DNA of 63,450 nt, counting the filler, from Choristocarpus tenellus KU-1152 (Eukaryota; Protista; Phaeophyceae): the NCBI GenBank assembly GCA_964200185.2. It is 10 parts of 10 records of this genome, joined end to end, with 100 filler letters (N's around TTAATTAATTAA, not from the genome) between each part and the next. Parts side by side here need not be neighbours in the genome. Positions count along the whole stretch, not along the records: positions 1 to 11,971 come from CAXNAD020002044.1; positions 12,072 to 16,074 come from CAXNAD020016717.1; positions 16,175 to 20,510 come from CAXNAD020015046.1; positions 20,611 to 26,056 come from CAXNAD020010749.1; 6 more parts are not named here. The stretch is one strand, 5' to 3'. Both the position numbers and the translations under genes were made by a program. This document shows positions 1-21,204 of this stretch, one piece after another. The notes beneath the pieces were generated by a model. It was not told the DNA's origin and searched no databases. It saw nothing but the letters and a program-made list of their open reading frames with translations. Each line of letters begins with the position of its first letter. The stretch's first letter is position 1.

Positions 1-542
1 CCAGAGGGTTACAATTTTTATAGGCAGGGCCCTCTATTTCCCCCCAAACCCCCCCCCCCCCCCCCCCCCCAAGATACTTTGACCCTGAGCTTATGTACAT
101 TTTTTTTAAGAGCTCAGTATGGTAGAGCAATGTGAATGAAATTGTCCCTCCTAGATCTATGTGTGTGTACCACAATAATGTAGGATCTTTCATGGGGGAT
201 GGACCCCTGCATTTCTCTGTATCTTAATAGTATGTGCATCAAGTATTGTCTAACTGTTTCTCCTCTGAATGCTTTTCCCCACGAGTTCAGGATCCCTCAG
301 ACCGATACAGTCGGTGATTATATTGATAATGATATGAACAATAATCCAGGAAGTTTCTGATTTTCTTCATTCTAAGGAATCAGAGTTTGGTGGAGCGGTA
401 TGATGTCTTGGGTTATACCTACCTTCTTTGTAGGAGTACATGGCGTACCTTTAATTCGGCAAACAACACCGTGAGTAGTGTCTTGCGTAGTTGCATGCAA
501 CCGCCTCCTAAACAACGGTATACTAGTCCTATAATTTTTCGT

Positions 543-630
543 CCCTAACCCTAACCCTAACCCTTCCGGTGCTATTTTTTTCAACAACGCTTGAGACCTG
601 ACTACCTAACCCTAACCCTAACCCTAACCC
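543..630. repeat. Interstitial telomeric-type (CCCTAA)n tracts
   Basis: Two tracts of 3-4 units here. Others lie at about 2098, 3579, 8112, 32291, 32613, 35046, 52790 and 57539. Confidence 0.85.
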
Positions 631-757
631 CCCCGGTGGATCAAACGACCGGCTCCATTTTTTCTTTTTTTCTGTTTCATTTTTTTAATAATAATAATAA
701 TAATAATAAATAGATTGAAGTGAAGTATGACCGTATTTTTTTCCTTGTTTTTTTTAG

Positions 758-9481
<8,724 letters not shown>

Positions 9482-11187
9482 GGCAACTGTGTTTGTGATG
9501 GTTGATTGTCATTGATTGTGTTAGTCATCACCCTTTGGCACTGATGCCATTATAGTAAAGTAAGTTATGCGGCCAGTCATGGCTGTGGGTCCAGGGGTCG
9601 TGGCAGAGGGTTGCAATCAGTGGACAACAATTAGGAAGGCTGTCAAGGCCGTCAGATTGTAGTTGATTCGTTGATGTGGTTGGTGTCCGGTTCATTTGAG
9701 AAAGGGGAAGGAAGGTGCAGTGGTGGTTGTGGGGCGGCCATTGATGCTGTTGTTGTGGCGAGCTCTTTGTACTAAGCTGCACTGCTGATCTAGGTAGAGT
9801 TTGTTTCATTTAGATTTCAAAGTTGATTTGTCTTCAACTCTTTTTGTGAAACGCTACGTCTGTGTGTTGTTCTTTGTCTCCCTGGTATGGGTTTGATTGT
9901 TGCGTTTTTGAACTGGCTTGGGGACAGCAGCACTGCAATCCCTGTTATTTTGTGTCACTGATCCTATGACACTTTGAAATATATCACTGATATTGTGTGA
10001 TTTGTTGGATTAATCCATGATCACAGTAATAAAGCAATTGTAAATAAAAGCAAAGCTATGCCAGGTTGTAGAGGTTGGTTTTGGAAATGAAGCCCACCTT
10101 TTTTTTCTATGTCACACATATGTGTGTGATTGAGATGTACTGCGCTTCCTATTACTACACAATAATCTAGAGGAGTGCAGTCATAAGCAAGGGGGAGTTG
10201 TTGTGCCATGCTTGACTGCTCCAGGGATTGAACCCTTTGTATTGGGTATGAGATGGTGGTGTGGTGATCGTGCAATAGGTTGTCTATTCATTGCACAATT
10301 GTAGCACAGTAGTTCCTCCTGTGTTGACACCATTTCCTTATCGCCTGGTGGTGGTGACGTAGGCTATTTCATCTAGTACATCATATACAATATGAGGTAT
10401 TGGTTAAGTGTTACGAAAGGGTAGTTCTCATGCTGTGAGTGATTACTACCGAAAGAGAGAGAGAGAGAGTCGATTGGTTTGTATGAGTGCTGATGGATGG
10501 ATTCATCAATGTGTCCATCTATGATGTTGAGAGGGAGGAGGATAGGAAGCAAATACTACCATATGCATTGGGTTTCCGTACATCAACTAGCTATACTACC
10601 ATGTTTTCCTTTAGTTGGATGTCTTGTACAGGTGAGAGTATACATTTGACATATTTCAAGAAAACTTGATGAAACGAATGGTATTTGCTACAGATGTGGG
10701 TGACACTTGAATATTGCTGTTGCCATACACACTCATTCCTATGTTGCTAGACACAACATATGAATACCCACACAGTATTTAGTAGTAAGATACTGTAGTT
10801 ATAAGAGGAGTAGAAGAGTCGCTTCTTAGGGTTGTATCGTAGTAGTAGAATTACAAGGAATCGTAACTGGAAACCATTACTATTAAAGCACCTCGAAGCA
10901 TACAGCAGTAGTGGTGGAATGCCATGGCGGAGCAAATATTGAGGGGTTGGGCAGAGAAGTTCTTTGGGTAATTACAAAGAATTATCCAAAAACAAGCTGT
11001 TGCAATATATGTCCACAGTATTTCATGAGGTTGGTTGCATACAGTATTGCTACAACTGTTGTAGAAGTATTTCGGTGCAGTGTGGTGATTGTAACTTAGA
11101 GGGTGATGTCAACTGGGTAGATACTGTGTGTTACAATTCATTTCTATGTTACTTGCAAGCCTCAACCTTCAATCTACATATTATATT

Positions 11188-11575
11188 TTATTATTATGCC
11201 CCCTGACATTTTCCAGATGTGTCAGGGGCGAAAAAATCATGAAAACTATACACATGTCAGAAAAATCCCTAAAAAAAAGAGTAACAGTTGTCATAAATAT
11301 GAAAAACATCAATCTATTTACAATTTTACTACCAGGTATGCTATACCACTGCCTTCCTGTGCCTCCAACCTAGCTATACCTGCACCCCAGTGTGAGGAGT
11401 TAGGGAAGCATCCCAAGAATCTAACCAGCCCCTCCTTGCTCATCTCCCTGGTGACTCCAGCTTAAAACACATGACACATCTAGACAGGGCCACCTGCGTT
11501 GAAACAGAGACTATATGTCGTAGGCGGGATTTGACCACACCCCTTTCCTGCTGTAGCTTCCAGTTCCTCTCCCCC
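11188..11575 (-). mobile_element. 3' end of a CRE-like LINE (same family as 42810-43739)
   Basis: An (ATT)n tail is followed by CCCTGACATTTTCCAGATGTGTCAGGG and AGGGAAGCATCCCAAGAATCT..ATGACACATCTAGA, shared with 42823-43180. Further pieces lie at about 18710-18990, 30711-30855 and 31925-32130. Confidence 0.75.
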
Positions 11576-11971
11576 CTAAATATTATTATTATAGGTTGCT
11601 TCCACGGATAGTGGGTAGTTTGCCAACTTCACTCGGACTTCATTTTGGGAAAAAATTGTGGTGACAAATTTACCTCCAGTTCCTTCGAAATATTTGAAAC
11701 AGTAAATATTTAACCGCTGACTTACTGATGCGCCAAGCACCTCCAGAAGAGGTGGAAGGTGCTTGAGGGATTGAAGGTTTAGCTTTAGCTCTCGTGCGAT
11801 GGGGAGTGTGTTGCAGTGCAGATACTTGGTGAAAGTCAGCAACTGGTTGGATCACAGTGACAGAATGATAGTAAGGAGTAATTTACTGCATCTTTATAGA
11901 ACCATGCCCTAAACCGTGTAGTCCAGACACCTGATTGTATTTGTACTCTGGCTCGAAGTATCTGGGAGGGG

Positions 11972-12071
11972 NNNNNNNNNNNNNNNNNNNNNNNNNNNNN
12001 NNNNNNNNNNNNNNNTTAATTAATTAANNNNNNNNNNNNNNNNNNNNNNNNNNNNNNNNNNNNNNNNNNNN
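11972..12071. other. Artificial contig spacer N44-TTAATTAATTAA-N44 (also 16075-16174, 20511-20610, 26057-26156, 32191-32290, 39499-39598, 45067-45166, 51463-51562, 56073-56172)
   Basis: Nine identical 100-nt spacers. The palindromic 12-mer gives stops in all six frames, and genes do not continue across the spacers. Confidence 0.98.
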
Positions 12072-12611
12072 GTTCTTTAGGATGAGTATTCCTTACCACC
12101 TGATCTATTCCAACGAGAAAGGCATGGAGTGCACCAAATTGGACAGGGTGTACAAGACATTTATTTCTCACAGGAGGCCTGCACCTTCAGAATACCTCAT
12201 TTGACTTGGCATGGATCGTCTGTTTCAGAAGCCCAGGCCCCCATGAGTGAGCATTAGTCAGCAGGTGACAATATCTCATAAATGGGAAATAATGGAGAGA
12301 GAATGGAGTGAAAACAATGCGCATGTTCTCTAGGTGAAGATGGCCTCTTCTGGCGTCAAAATCGCCCTTGAACGCGTGGTTCACACGCGCGGAGTACTTG
12401 ATTTAAGTATGGTCCTGTATTTCTCATCATTACTGCAAGTTGACCAACCAAGACCCATCGAATAAGGTTAAAACCATGGTTATACCATTACAACGAACGA
12501 ATTTCCATGAAAAAATTCGTTGTTGATCAGAGGTTTATGGCACGACAAAGCTGATGCAGGAGGCGACTGCCAACACTGCATCACACTAATGAAGTAATAG
12601 AAGATAGAGAG

Positions 12612-12870
12612 GAGTCAAAGTATCTCAGAGGGTAGAGCCGTGTCCAATTGGAAGCCAAAATCCAATGTTGCAATTTTGATGAAATTTTCGCTATCATGTT
12701 TGTTAAGAAATATCAACATGCTTGTTCCGGACAAACCTTTTCATACCATATACATTTGACCTACTCCGAAACATTTTTGAGTAGGTAAAAGGTCATTAAA
12801 AATCCGTGGGAAGCCAAGCCCCAAATGGACAAACAGGAGAAAACTCGTACCCTCTAGGATACTTTCACTC
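12612..12870 (+). mobile_element. MITE subfamily A (~260 bp), Sola2-like
   Basis: TIR GAGTCAAAGTATCTCAGAGGGTA ... TACCCTCTAGGATACTTTCACTC, TSD AGAG/AGAG, and an internal palindrome related to CCTACTCCGAAA..TTTCGGAGTAGG. Confidence 0.9.
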
Positions 12871-15030
12871 AGAGTTGTACCTCTAGGATTTTTTTTCGAT
12901 CGTTTGTTGGTAAGGTCTATATTTGTTCTATTTCAACGTCATCCTAAACATCGATTCTATTCCCACATACATGTGAAGAGCAAAACTCAACCCAAATGTT
13001 TCTTACATGATTTTCGAGCAAAAGGGACACTCGAACCGCTATATACCACTGTGTTCATATTCATACAAAATTCAGTAAGGGCTGTTGTTCCGTCTTAGGC
13101 AGTTGAGCAATTTTGATACAACTGTATCAGAAGAGGTCAACACCACTCCAAGGAGACCAAGTGCGTATCCCTTCTACGAGGATCAAACTCGTCTGCCCTT
13201 ATCCCTGTGCGCTGTACGTAACCCTACACACCGTGTGTTAGAAAGAGTAGAGAGACACAACAGGACTTCCTTTTCGTGAGAGGACACCAGGTGTGTAACC
13301 TTCGAGGAAGATGTAACCTGACTGCGACCTGCAATGCTCTCTGGGCCTAACTCGATGCACAAACATTTTCTTTCTCCTTCAGCCAGTTTTCCCTGTCTCA
13401 TTTGCAGCTGTGCTCTACCCCATGCAGACACCTCTCTCAATTAAAGGAGATGCGCTGTCCAACCACTGAACGTTGCCATGCCTCCAAAGGGAAGCAGAAG
13501 GTGAGTTCCGTACAACAAAAGTACACCCACTGTGAAGCTCATTCAGGAGCATTCCTGCAAGACCAATCTCGCCAACATTATCGTAATATAGCACCCATGA
13601 CAAATATTGCGACATCAATCCGTTTGCATAGCCTGCACTGACATGTGGGTGCCATCATGTACCTAACCGGTTGTATAACCCTGTAGTCACGGCCCTCCAC
13701 CCAACCATTATCCTGTAACTTACCATAGCTCACATGCTCATTCCAGGTCGACCCCTCCTCGTCAACCAACCGTTGGTGGTGTGGAACATGTTCAGCCAGT
13801 TTGTTTCTACCAGTTTCTCCTTATAGACAGTTCCAAGATCCCCTGTACCAACTTTGACGAAAGCACGAACATGCCCCTTACACTAGGAATTCTTTCGTTA
13901 TTGCTTCCTTCATGTACAACCCTAATTTGGGTTAGACGTGTATATGGTTTTACTCTAAACCCATCGATTCGACATATAATGGAATCACGCTCCAAAATAT
14001 TTTACTTTTTCCGTACGTAGAAGTACATACAGCAGCATGTTTGCGCAAAATTAAATACATCCAAATTTGTATAATGGCGATAAGAAAATCCACTACGAAA
14101 ATCAGATTGCGTAAAACGAAATACTCTATCAAAAAGAAAAAATGCAAAAAACAAGAAATGCGACCCGAAGGTGACGGTCAAATTCAAACCATCGTCAGTT
14201 GTGGTGCCCCGTGATGAAAGAGCTATCTGCCGTAGCCCGTGTTAGCTTCCATCTATTTCGACCCTTCCCTGGACATTCCCCAGTGGATTGAGCGATGGAG
14301 GTAGGTCTTTGTCCGAATGGTGTTGACCTCTATTGCCCGCCCTGTCTGTGGCTAAAGGAAGTGGGGATCGAAGCACAGGCTGGGGAACGGATGTAACTGG
14401 TCGAACGGGTTTTGATGCATTGCTTTTTGGAATGAACGAGCCCCATACTTCACAGGAACCGAAGCAGGTTGTTTGTTTATGGCAGCACAGACAGCGGGCG
14501 AGGAGTTCTGGGTTAAAACAGGTTGAAGCATCGGCGTGAGGGTTGCCAGTACACTGTTGACAACCTCTTGGTGTGGCAGTGAAGTTTGGCTTGATACCTC
14601 ATCGTGCATGGACGTCCTGTTCTGGCGAGGTAGTCCTAGTTCCTGCTTAACGATGGGGGTTTCCGCCGAGGCAGTGAAAGGGTATGACATGCTAGCAAAC
14701 AGAACACGCCCATCTCCCATGATACCCAAACCATTGTGTGTCTTGTCCTTGTACAATGCAGCTTTTTGTAAAATTTTGGTTGGCTAAAACAAATGCCAAT
14801 TGGTTGCTTCGATTGGATAATTCCTCTATGAGATAATCAAACCTTTGAGTGTTTCCCCGAGGGTCTTACCGAGTCCATAATGTTTTTCATTTTAATTCCC
14901 AACTAGAAATAAGAAATTTCATTAGATTTTGGTAATGAAAAACACTAAGAACAGAAAATGGGTAGATAGATAAAACTTTCCGATAGTGAATTTGCGCAAA
15001 CACTCTATTGAGCAACGAAAAACAGCTTAG

Positions 15031-15290
15031 GAGTGAAAGTATCTTAGAGGGTACGATATTTTCCCTGTTTATCCATTTGGGGCTTGGCTTCCCATGTTTT
15101 TGTTTGTGATATTTTCCTACTCCAAAATGTTTAGGAGTAGGTAAAATGCATACATTATGAAAAGGTGTGTCCCGAAACAAGTAAATTGACATTCCCTAAC
15201 AAACACGATAGCCAAAATTACATCAAAATTGCAACATTGGATTTTGCCCCCCAAATGGACACAGCTCTACCCTCCAAGATACTTTAACTC
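15031..15290 (-). mobile_element. MITE subfamily A
   Basis: Same TIRs and body in the opposite orientation, with TSD TTAG/TTGG. Confidence 0.9.
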
Positions 15291-16218
15291 TTGGGTGATT
15301 CGTGGTCAAAAACAAGAACAAAATAATTGCCTCCTAGATACAGAAAGAAAGACAGCACATCCATTATGTCTGGTACTAATAGTAATAGTACGTACAGGAA
15401 CTCACAATACCCAATAATACATTGTGTTGTCATTTGCTGATACTCTCTGGAATTGATATATTATACCGAATTTTATTTGTGCAGGGTTAGGGTAGATGAC
15501 TGGGAAAAAACTAGGAAAACTCATCTACAAACAGTAACAGATGGGAGTCATCTCCACCGGTGTGTGTTCACAACAACCTCAACACACCATCCCATAAATT
15601 CTTTAATCCTGTAGTCACGCACTTTGCACAGTAGTAGTATCCAAGAAAATCAGTTTTCTGCTTCAAGTGGAATCGTGGTGAAGGCGGTTGCCATGTTGTC
15701 AGCATGGTGCCCAATCGCCAATTTCTGTGTACTACGCAGGACTATGCAGTTTGAACGAGAGGTGGTGTTATTAGCCACGCTTCCTTGCCTGGCTCTTGTT
15801 TTGCCCCCTTACTAGACAGACAAGAGGATACCAATGTGAGCCTTGCCGACTAGGAGAAGGAATTTCTTGTTTGTTTTTCTTTCACTCTTTCTTCTTACCA
15901 GCAGAAGATGACAGTTGCACATTGATGTTGATTGCTATTTCTTTCGTGACTGCCATTGATGCCTCAAATTGCACCAACACCACTCTGCAAACTGTCTATC
16001 AAACATACACATGGATCTAATATAATCAGAGTTAAAACCATCTGCGGAAACCCTTGCCAGCCAAGGTAACAAGCNNNNNNNNNNNNNNNNNNNNNNNNNN
16101 NNNNNNNNNNNNNNNNNNTTAATTAATTAANNNNNNNNNNNNNNNNNNNNNNNNNNNNNNNNNNNNNNNNNNNNGTTGGTTTGTTGTGTGTGTGGTTTTG
16201 TGGTTGTGGTGTTGTTGT

Positions 16219-16262
<44 letters not shown>

Positions 16263-18254
16263 GGACCGAGTGGATATAACTACTATATTGATGACCCTCA
16301 GGTTTTGCTAGGTGCCTTGGAAGTGGGGTGGGTGAATCGGGGGCAATGATGGGTTTTGCTCTATGCGGCACATGCTTCCAAGCACATGCCGCATGCCTGT
16401 ATGCACACACGATGCAGAAGTAATGGAGAAATTTTGGTAGAGGAAATGTGATGACAAGGTGTGTGAGAAGTTCAGGAGGGATGGTGAGTGAGGTTTGATG
16501 GGGTTGCTGTGGGCAGGTCGCGAGTCGGGAGATGGATGCCCCACCCGAAACCAACATGGCTATTAATACACCCAAGTGGTACAATGTATGCATGGGGTAA
16601 TATATGTAGTACTGGCTGTGTTCTACACTTGCAGGAACATTAGATATTATTATTATGATGTCATGTATGTGTCGGGTTTCACACCGCCTGCCATGTATAT
16701 TCAAAAGCATCGGATTTTGCCCAGGTGATGTTGATGTTTTGAGGGGGACTATAAAGGGAGGGAAGGGAGGGTGTGGTGCAATCTGATTACGTCCATCCTA
16801 TTGGGTTGAATGTGACATATGTGACAGGTTCCATTGGCTCGAGTATATTTCTGCATTTCGTGTTGTTTTCCCCCCTCATGGCTCCTAACTCCTATGCCCT
16901 CAATGTTTTCGTTGTTCACCTCGGAGTATTTGGTAGAGAGTGAGAGACAAGCAAGCGGTGGTCGTATTTATTGTAGTGGTGGTGCAGTGCAGTCCCTTTT
17001 GGTCTTCTTCATTCTACCAAGTAATTTTTTGCTTGCTTGTTGGCTCAGGTTTTTTTTGGTTAAGGAGCGGGTATGTAAGTGGCAGTCTACATTCCACCAT
17101 GATTGTGCTGTACTATGTGGGTGTTTTGGTTGTCGTTATCCTGTGCGCGGTCTGTGGGGACTGTGTGCTAAGTGGGGGGGGTTATCTATGCTGTGGGGAG
17201 GTGTCCGCCAACCGACAAGACATGGTAAATATATCATTGTTGTGTTCTGCTGAAGAGTGGTGGTTTGTGTCTGTTGTCCTCCTCACCTGTGGTGTGTAAC
17301 AAAGACCTATCTGCATTAGTGGGAGGCGACACAAGCTACCATCAATAACAAATTTAATATGGAGTCGGTGGTGACTGCTATGTAGCAAGTGCTTTCAGTG
17401 CTTTTCCCTGTCAAAATTGTGTGTGTTGCATGGATTTGTGGTTGCCTGAAGCTTCTTTTTGCAACATCAGACAAAGAATGGGATAAGAAGACCTGCTAGT
17501 TCGTTGAAACTCCCAATCTCTGTACCCAACAACCGGCAAACCCCCAGAATTTCGTCATTCGATTTAGTGTCGCTGCAAATTGCGACAGTTTCCTAAGCTC
17601 GGTTCGATTTATCGAGAAATGACCGGGAGATCACGCGCGTGAAACGTTTCGGTTCGGTTCTTATTTTTACTTATTTGTGGGGATGTTGTAGGACAAAAAC
17701 AATACAATTACTAGAAGTGCTTTTACTGGATGCTTCACTATTTTTTTTCTTAATCTCGTTTGTACTTCATTTTACTAGTACTGCGCAATTACAACCGATA
17801 CGAACCTGTTTTGTTTGGTGCTTCTGGGGTTTTGGGTTCGTTGTCCGTTATCTCTTTTTTATTCATACAAGCCCAATCATTTACAATGTAGTACATACAT
17901 ACATGAGTCGGAAGTTGATAAAATCATGATCAATCCATCTTGGCTCGTTGCAGTCAACCACCCAGTCATGTGTTCTCCAGCTGTCCTTGAGCAAAACATG
18001 GAACAGCAGTAGTCCGTCTCAGGCATTACAGGAGACGATAATGCCTCTTCTGGCGATGAAGAAAGTGGACAACAAAAAAGATGCATACATGCGTGTGACG
18101 ATCGACAGCATTCATTGTCGTTCTTCAACCAAAATTTTAGTTTTTGTACAAGGTGATCTATTTTGGGGGATCATCACATCACTCCTTTCTATTGGCCTGC
18201 CGATTTTCCACCTCTTGAACAGGTGTTACTATCATGTAATAATTTTGGATGTGA

Positions 18255-18594
18255 GTGGCAAGACGGACCACGCGAACAAGGAGGAACCGTGACTGAGCGT
18301 ACGAGGTTAAGGTTGGTCAAGTGCAAACTTAGGAGTGATGAGCATCATCAAAGATGGGGTTTCATCACCATCAGTCAAGATGTGAGAATAAAGTGGATCT
18401 TCCATGTGTTACAACTCTGAATGACGAGCTGTCCCAAGTCTATGACATTGGTCACGTGAAGAGATTCCATTATTTCATTCTGATAGAAAGTCTGTCTGTG
18501 AAATCATGGACTCTTGACTAGGAACCTCAATCGGTACCACGGTATATGGCATACGGCAATAACGGTATAATAACAGGCAAACATGCTTTCCACA
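18255..18594 (-). mobile_element. Diverged solo/partial LTR of the Gypsy family at 45240-50158
   Basis: Reverse complement of TGTGGAAAGCATGTTTGCCTGTTATTATACCGTTATTGCCGTATGCCATATACCG and of the CTTAACCTC..GGTCCGTCTTGCC block. Confidence 0.75.
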
Positions 18595-20674
18595 ATACAT
18601 ATGTCAGTATAAGCCCTAAAGAAATAAAATGCCATTAATATGAAAAACACTAATCAAGGAGACTCACATTATTTGCCTATCATACCTCCGAAATATACCC
18701 AATTCCCTCTAATTTTATTTATACTGTCATGTCGTCCGACATTTTGCAGATGTGTCAGGGTAAAAAGCCAGCTCAATATCACAAGAACTCCTGACTTATT
18801 ATATATACAGTTAGCGATAAATGTAACCATACCATACCACTCCACCCAATAATAAAGGTTTTTTAGGAGGTAGAAGTGGAGAGTTTGTGGACTAATCTGT
18901 GCACCTGCAAGAAACACACCCCTCATATTTCAAATGGTCAACAGCGACATTGCTCCTTTCAGCCTGCCTCCTGCCTGCTCTCCTGTCCCCTCATGAGGTG
19001 AGAGGTACAAGGTAACTCCAAAAAAAGTCAAAACGAATTGGGATTGCAGTAGAGTATAGTGTGACACCCTTTACGGCTTGGTGTCTCCCGACACACCAAA
19101 AAGTTCTCATACCATAGAACCATAGGAGCGACTCCATCCTGTCGAGAGCATTTGCCTTCCCATGCTCGAGATGTATGTATGACCAACCAGGTGTGAATGA
19201 AAACCACCACAGAGTCAACCAGCAGCAATCACAACATGGTGCAGTCAAGCAAGGCTGTATAACAATGAAATTTTATTATTAAACCACATTTCATCGTGAA
19301 AGCCTTGCTGCCGTGTGTGAATGCAACCATTCGTCCTCTCGAGAACCCTCTCCCCTAACCTTACCTACTACACAAAAAGCATGAGCAGGTCGTGCATTCG
19401 GAGCCTGCCATGCATACTATACTATCACATTGTGGGTACATTCAAGTCGGGGCTACAACAGTAACCTCTCTTACGGCCAGCACGGCAGGCAGCATACAAA
19501 AAACACAGTCATGAACCTAAGCAAATCCCCTAGAGGGAAAGGTCATCTATCCAACAAGAGGAACATCAGATTTGTTTTTTAAATTGAGTTGCGCTGAAGA
19601 GAGCGAACCACCGTGTGAGTTAAAGCCGCTCTAGAAAAATCCCCCCCCCAGGCACAAACAAAAACCAAATTCGCAACAACAATAACAAAAAAGAATAAAA
19701 AATAAAACTGCACATTACACTACAGATACGACCATACTTGGATTTCCCTCCCTCCCGCCCCCTGATCTCCCCCCCCCCGCCCCCTTATCAAACAGAAAAC
19801 AGCCACTACACTAATTGATTAATTGTATAAAATAAAAATCTGGGTCAGTCAGGTCACGCCAGGAATGGGATTGGAAGGAGCAGAGACAATCTCCACCTTT
19901 TCCCCCTGTGCAAATAAAGTGAGTGGTCTGTGGACAGGGCAAAACGAAATTGTCCAAAACCAAACCCTTCTGTTGTTCCGGAACATATCATAGATCCCTC
20001 ACAGCAAGAGTTACTGCTCCTTGCCCTATGTCTACTCTTAACCCTGGTCCAGAGCCTCCTGCATTCAACTTTCCTGACACTTAATACACTCTTATGATTA
20101 CTATATATATAATAAGCATTCCAAAAAACGCCACCTGGACCTCCACCGATCTCACGCATTACCCCCCCTCCTAACTCTGTTTGTGCCTGTAAACAGCAGG
20201 CTCGTCCTTAACCCTAAATTATTCAACCTCAAGAAAGGTCGTTGGGAAACACGTACAATAGCCGTAATAAGGGAGGGAGGACAAGGACAAGAGAATCACA
20301 CCTACACTACATTTTCCCACAGAGTGGGAACTTCGGGCATCCAAGACTCCTGGGAAATATTTAAAAAAAAAAACTTATCATTTTGGTGACGCCTCCAAAA
20401 ATTGAAACCCTATCTCGTTGTCTTGTTCGTCGTGTCTTCGTCTCTGTTACCCCTTTCGTCATGTTTGAACCTGTCCTCCTCACCCCTTCCCTCCTCAATC
20501 AGAACCATTGNNNNNNNNNNNNNNNNNNNNNNNNNNNNNNNNNNNNNNNNNNNNTTAATTAATTAANNNNNNNNNNNNNNNNNNNNNNNNNNNNNNNNNN
20601 NNNNNNNNNNCCACAAAACAACACACCCCCAACAACCCACCCCCGCGCCCCCAACACAACCCCCCCCCGCCCCG

Positions 20675-20715
<41 letters not shown>

Positions 20716-21204
20716 TGCATGGGACACATGCAAGAGTTGTCTAGTCTAGGTCAAACACGTCGAAGCACATCATGGCATTGTTGAACGTACCGCCTGTTTA
20801 AACATCTCGACACTGTCCCCTTGGAGATCGGCAGTGCACAGTTCGGTCTTCGGCTGGGACACTGATGAAGGCAGACAAAAATAAAATAAAACAAAACAGC
20901 ACAGCACGCATGTACACAAAAAACAACATCACCCCCCCGCCCCACGTCCCATCGAGCAGAGCGCACACAACGAAAGGCCAGACCCACAGAAAAACATACG
21001 TATGACAAAATATCGTGGAACATAGAGGCGGCGAGTGAGGGAAGGGGAGTAGTCGTCAAGAGGGCCAGTAGTAGAAAGGTCAAGGTCAATTCTTGCAGCA
21101 ACTGAGCAAAAAATAAAATAAAAAACATTACAAGGCGGGTTCAACCCTTAAGCTTTGCCTGCAAATCTCGTCACGGTTACACCCTAATTCAATCCCAGAC
21201 TCAC

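Noticed and set aside
12016-12027. Palindromic TTAATTAATTAA repeated nine times
   Set aside because: It is always centred in 44+44 Ns, so it is an artificial six-frame stop linker.
14352-14756. ORF with YKDKTHNG..GDGRVLF, faintly like a MULE DDE region
   Set aside because: Too little motif support, and no TIR or TSD found.
12612-15290. Two inverted MITE A copies flanking 2.2 kb as a composite transposon
   Set aside because: Each copy has its own, different TSD, so they are independent insertions.
16300-17400. Several 78-195 aa ORFs, possibly LINE-derived
   Set aside because: Low-complexity TG/poly-G-driven frames with no recognisable domain.
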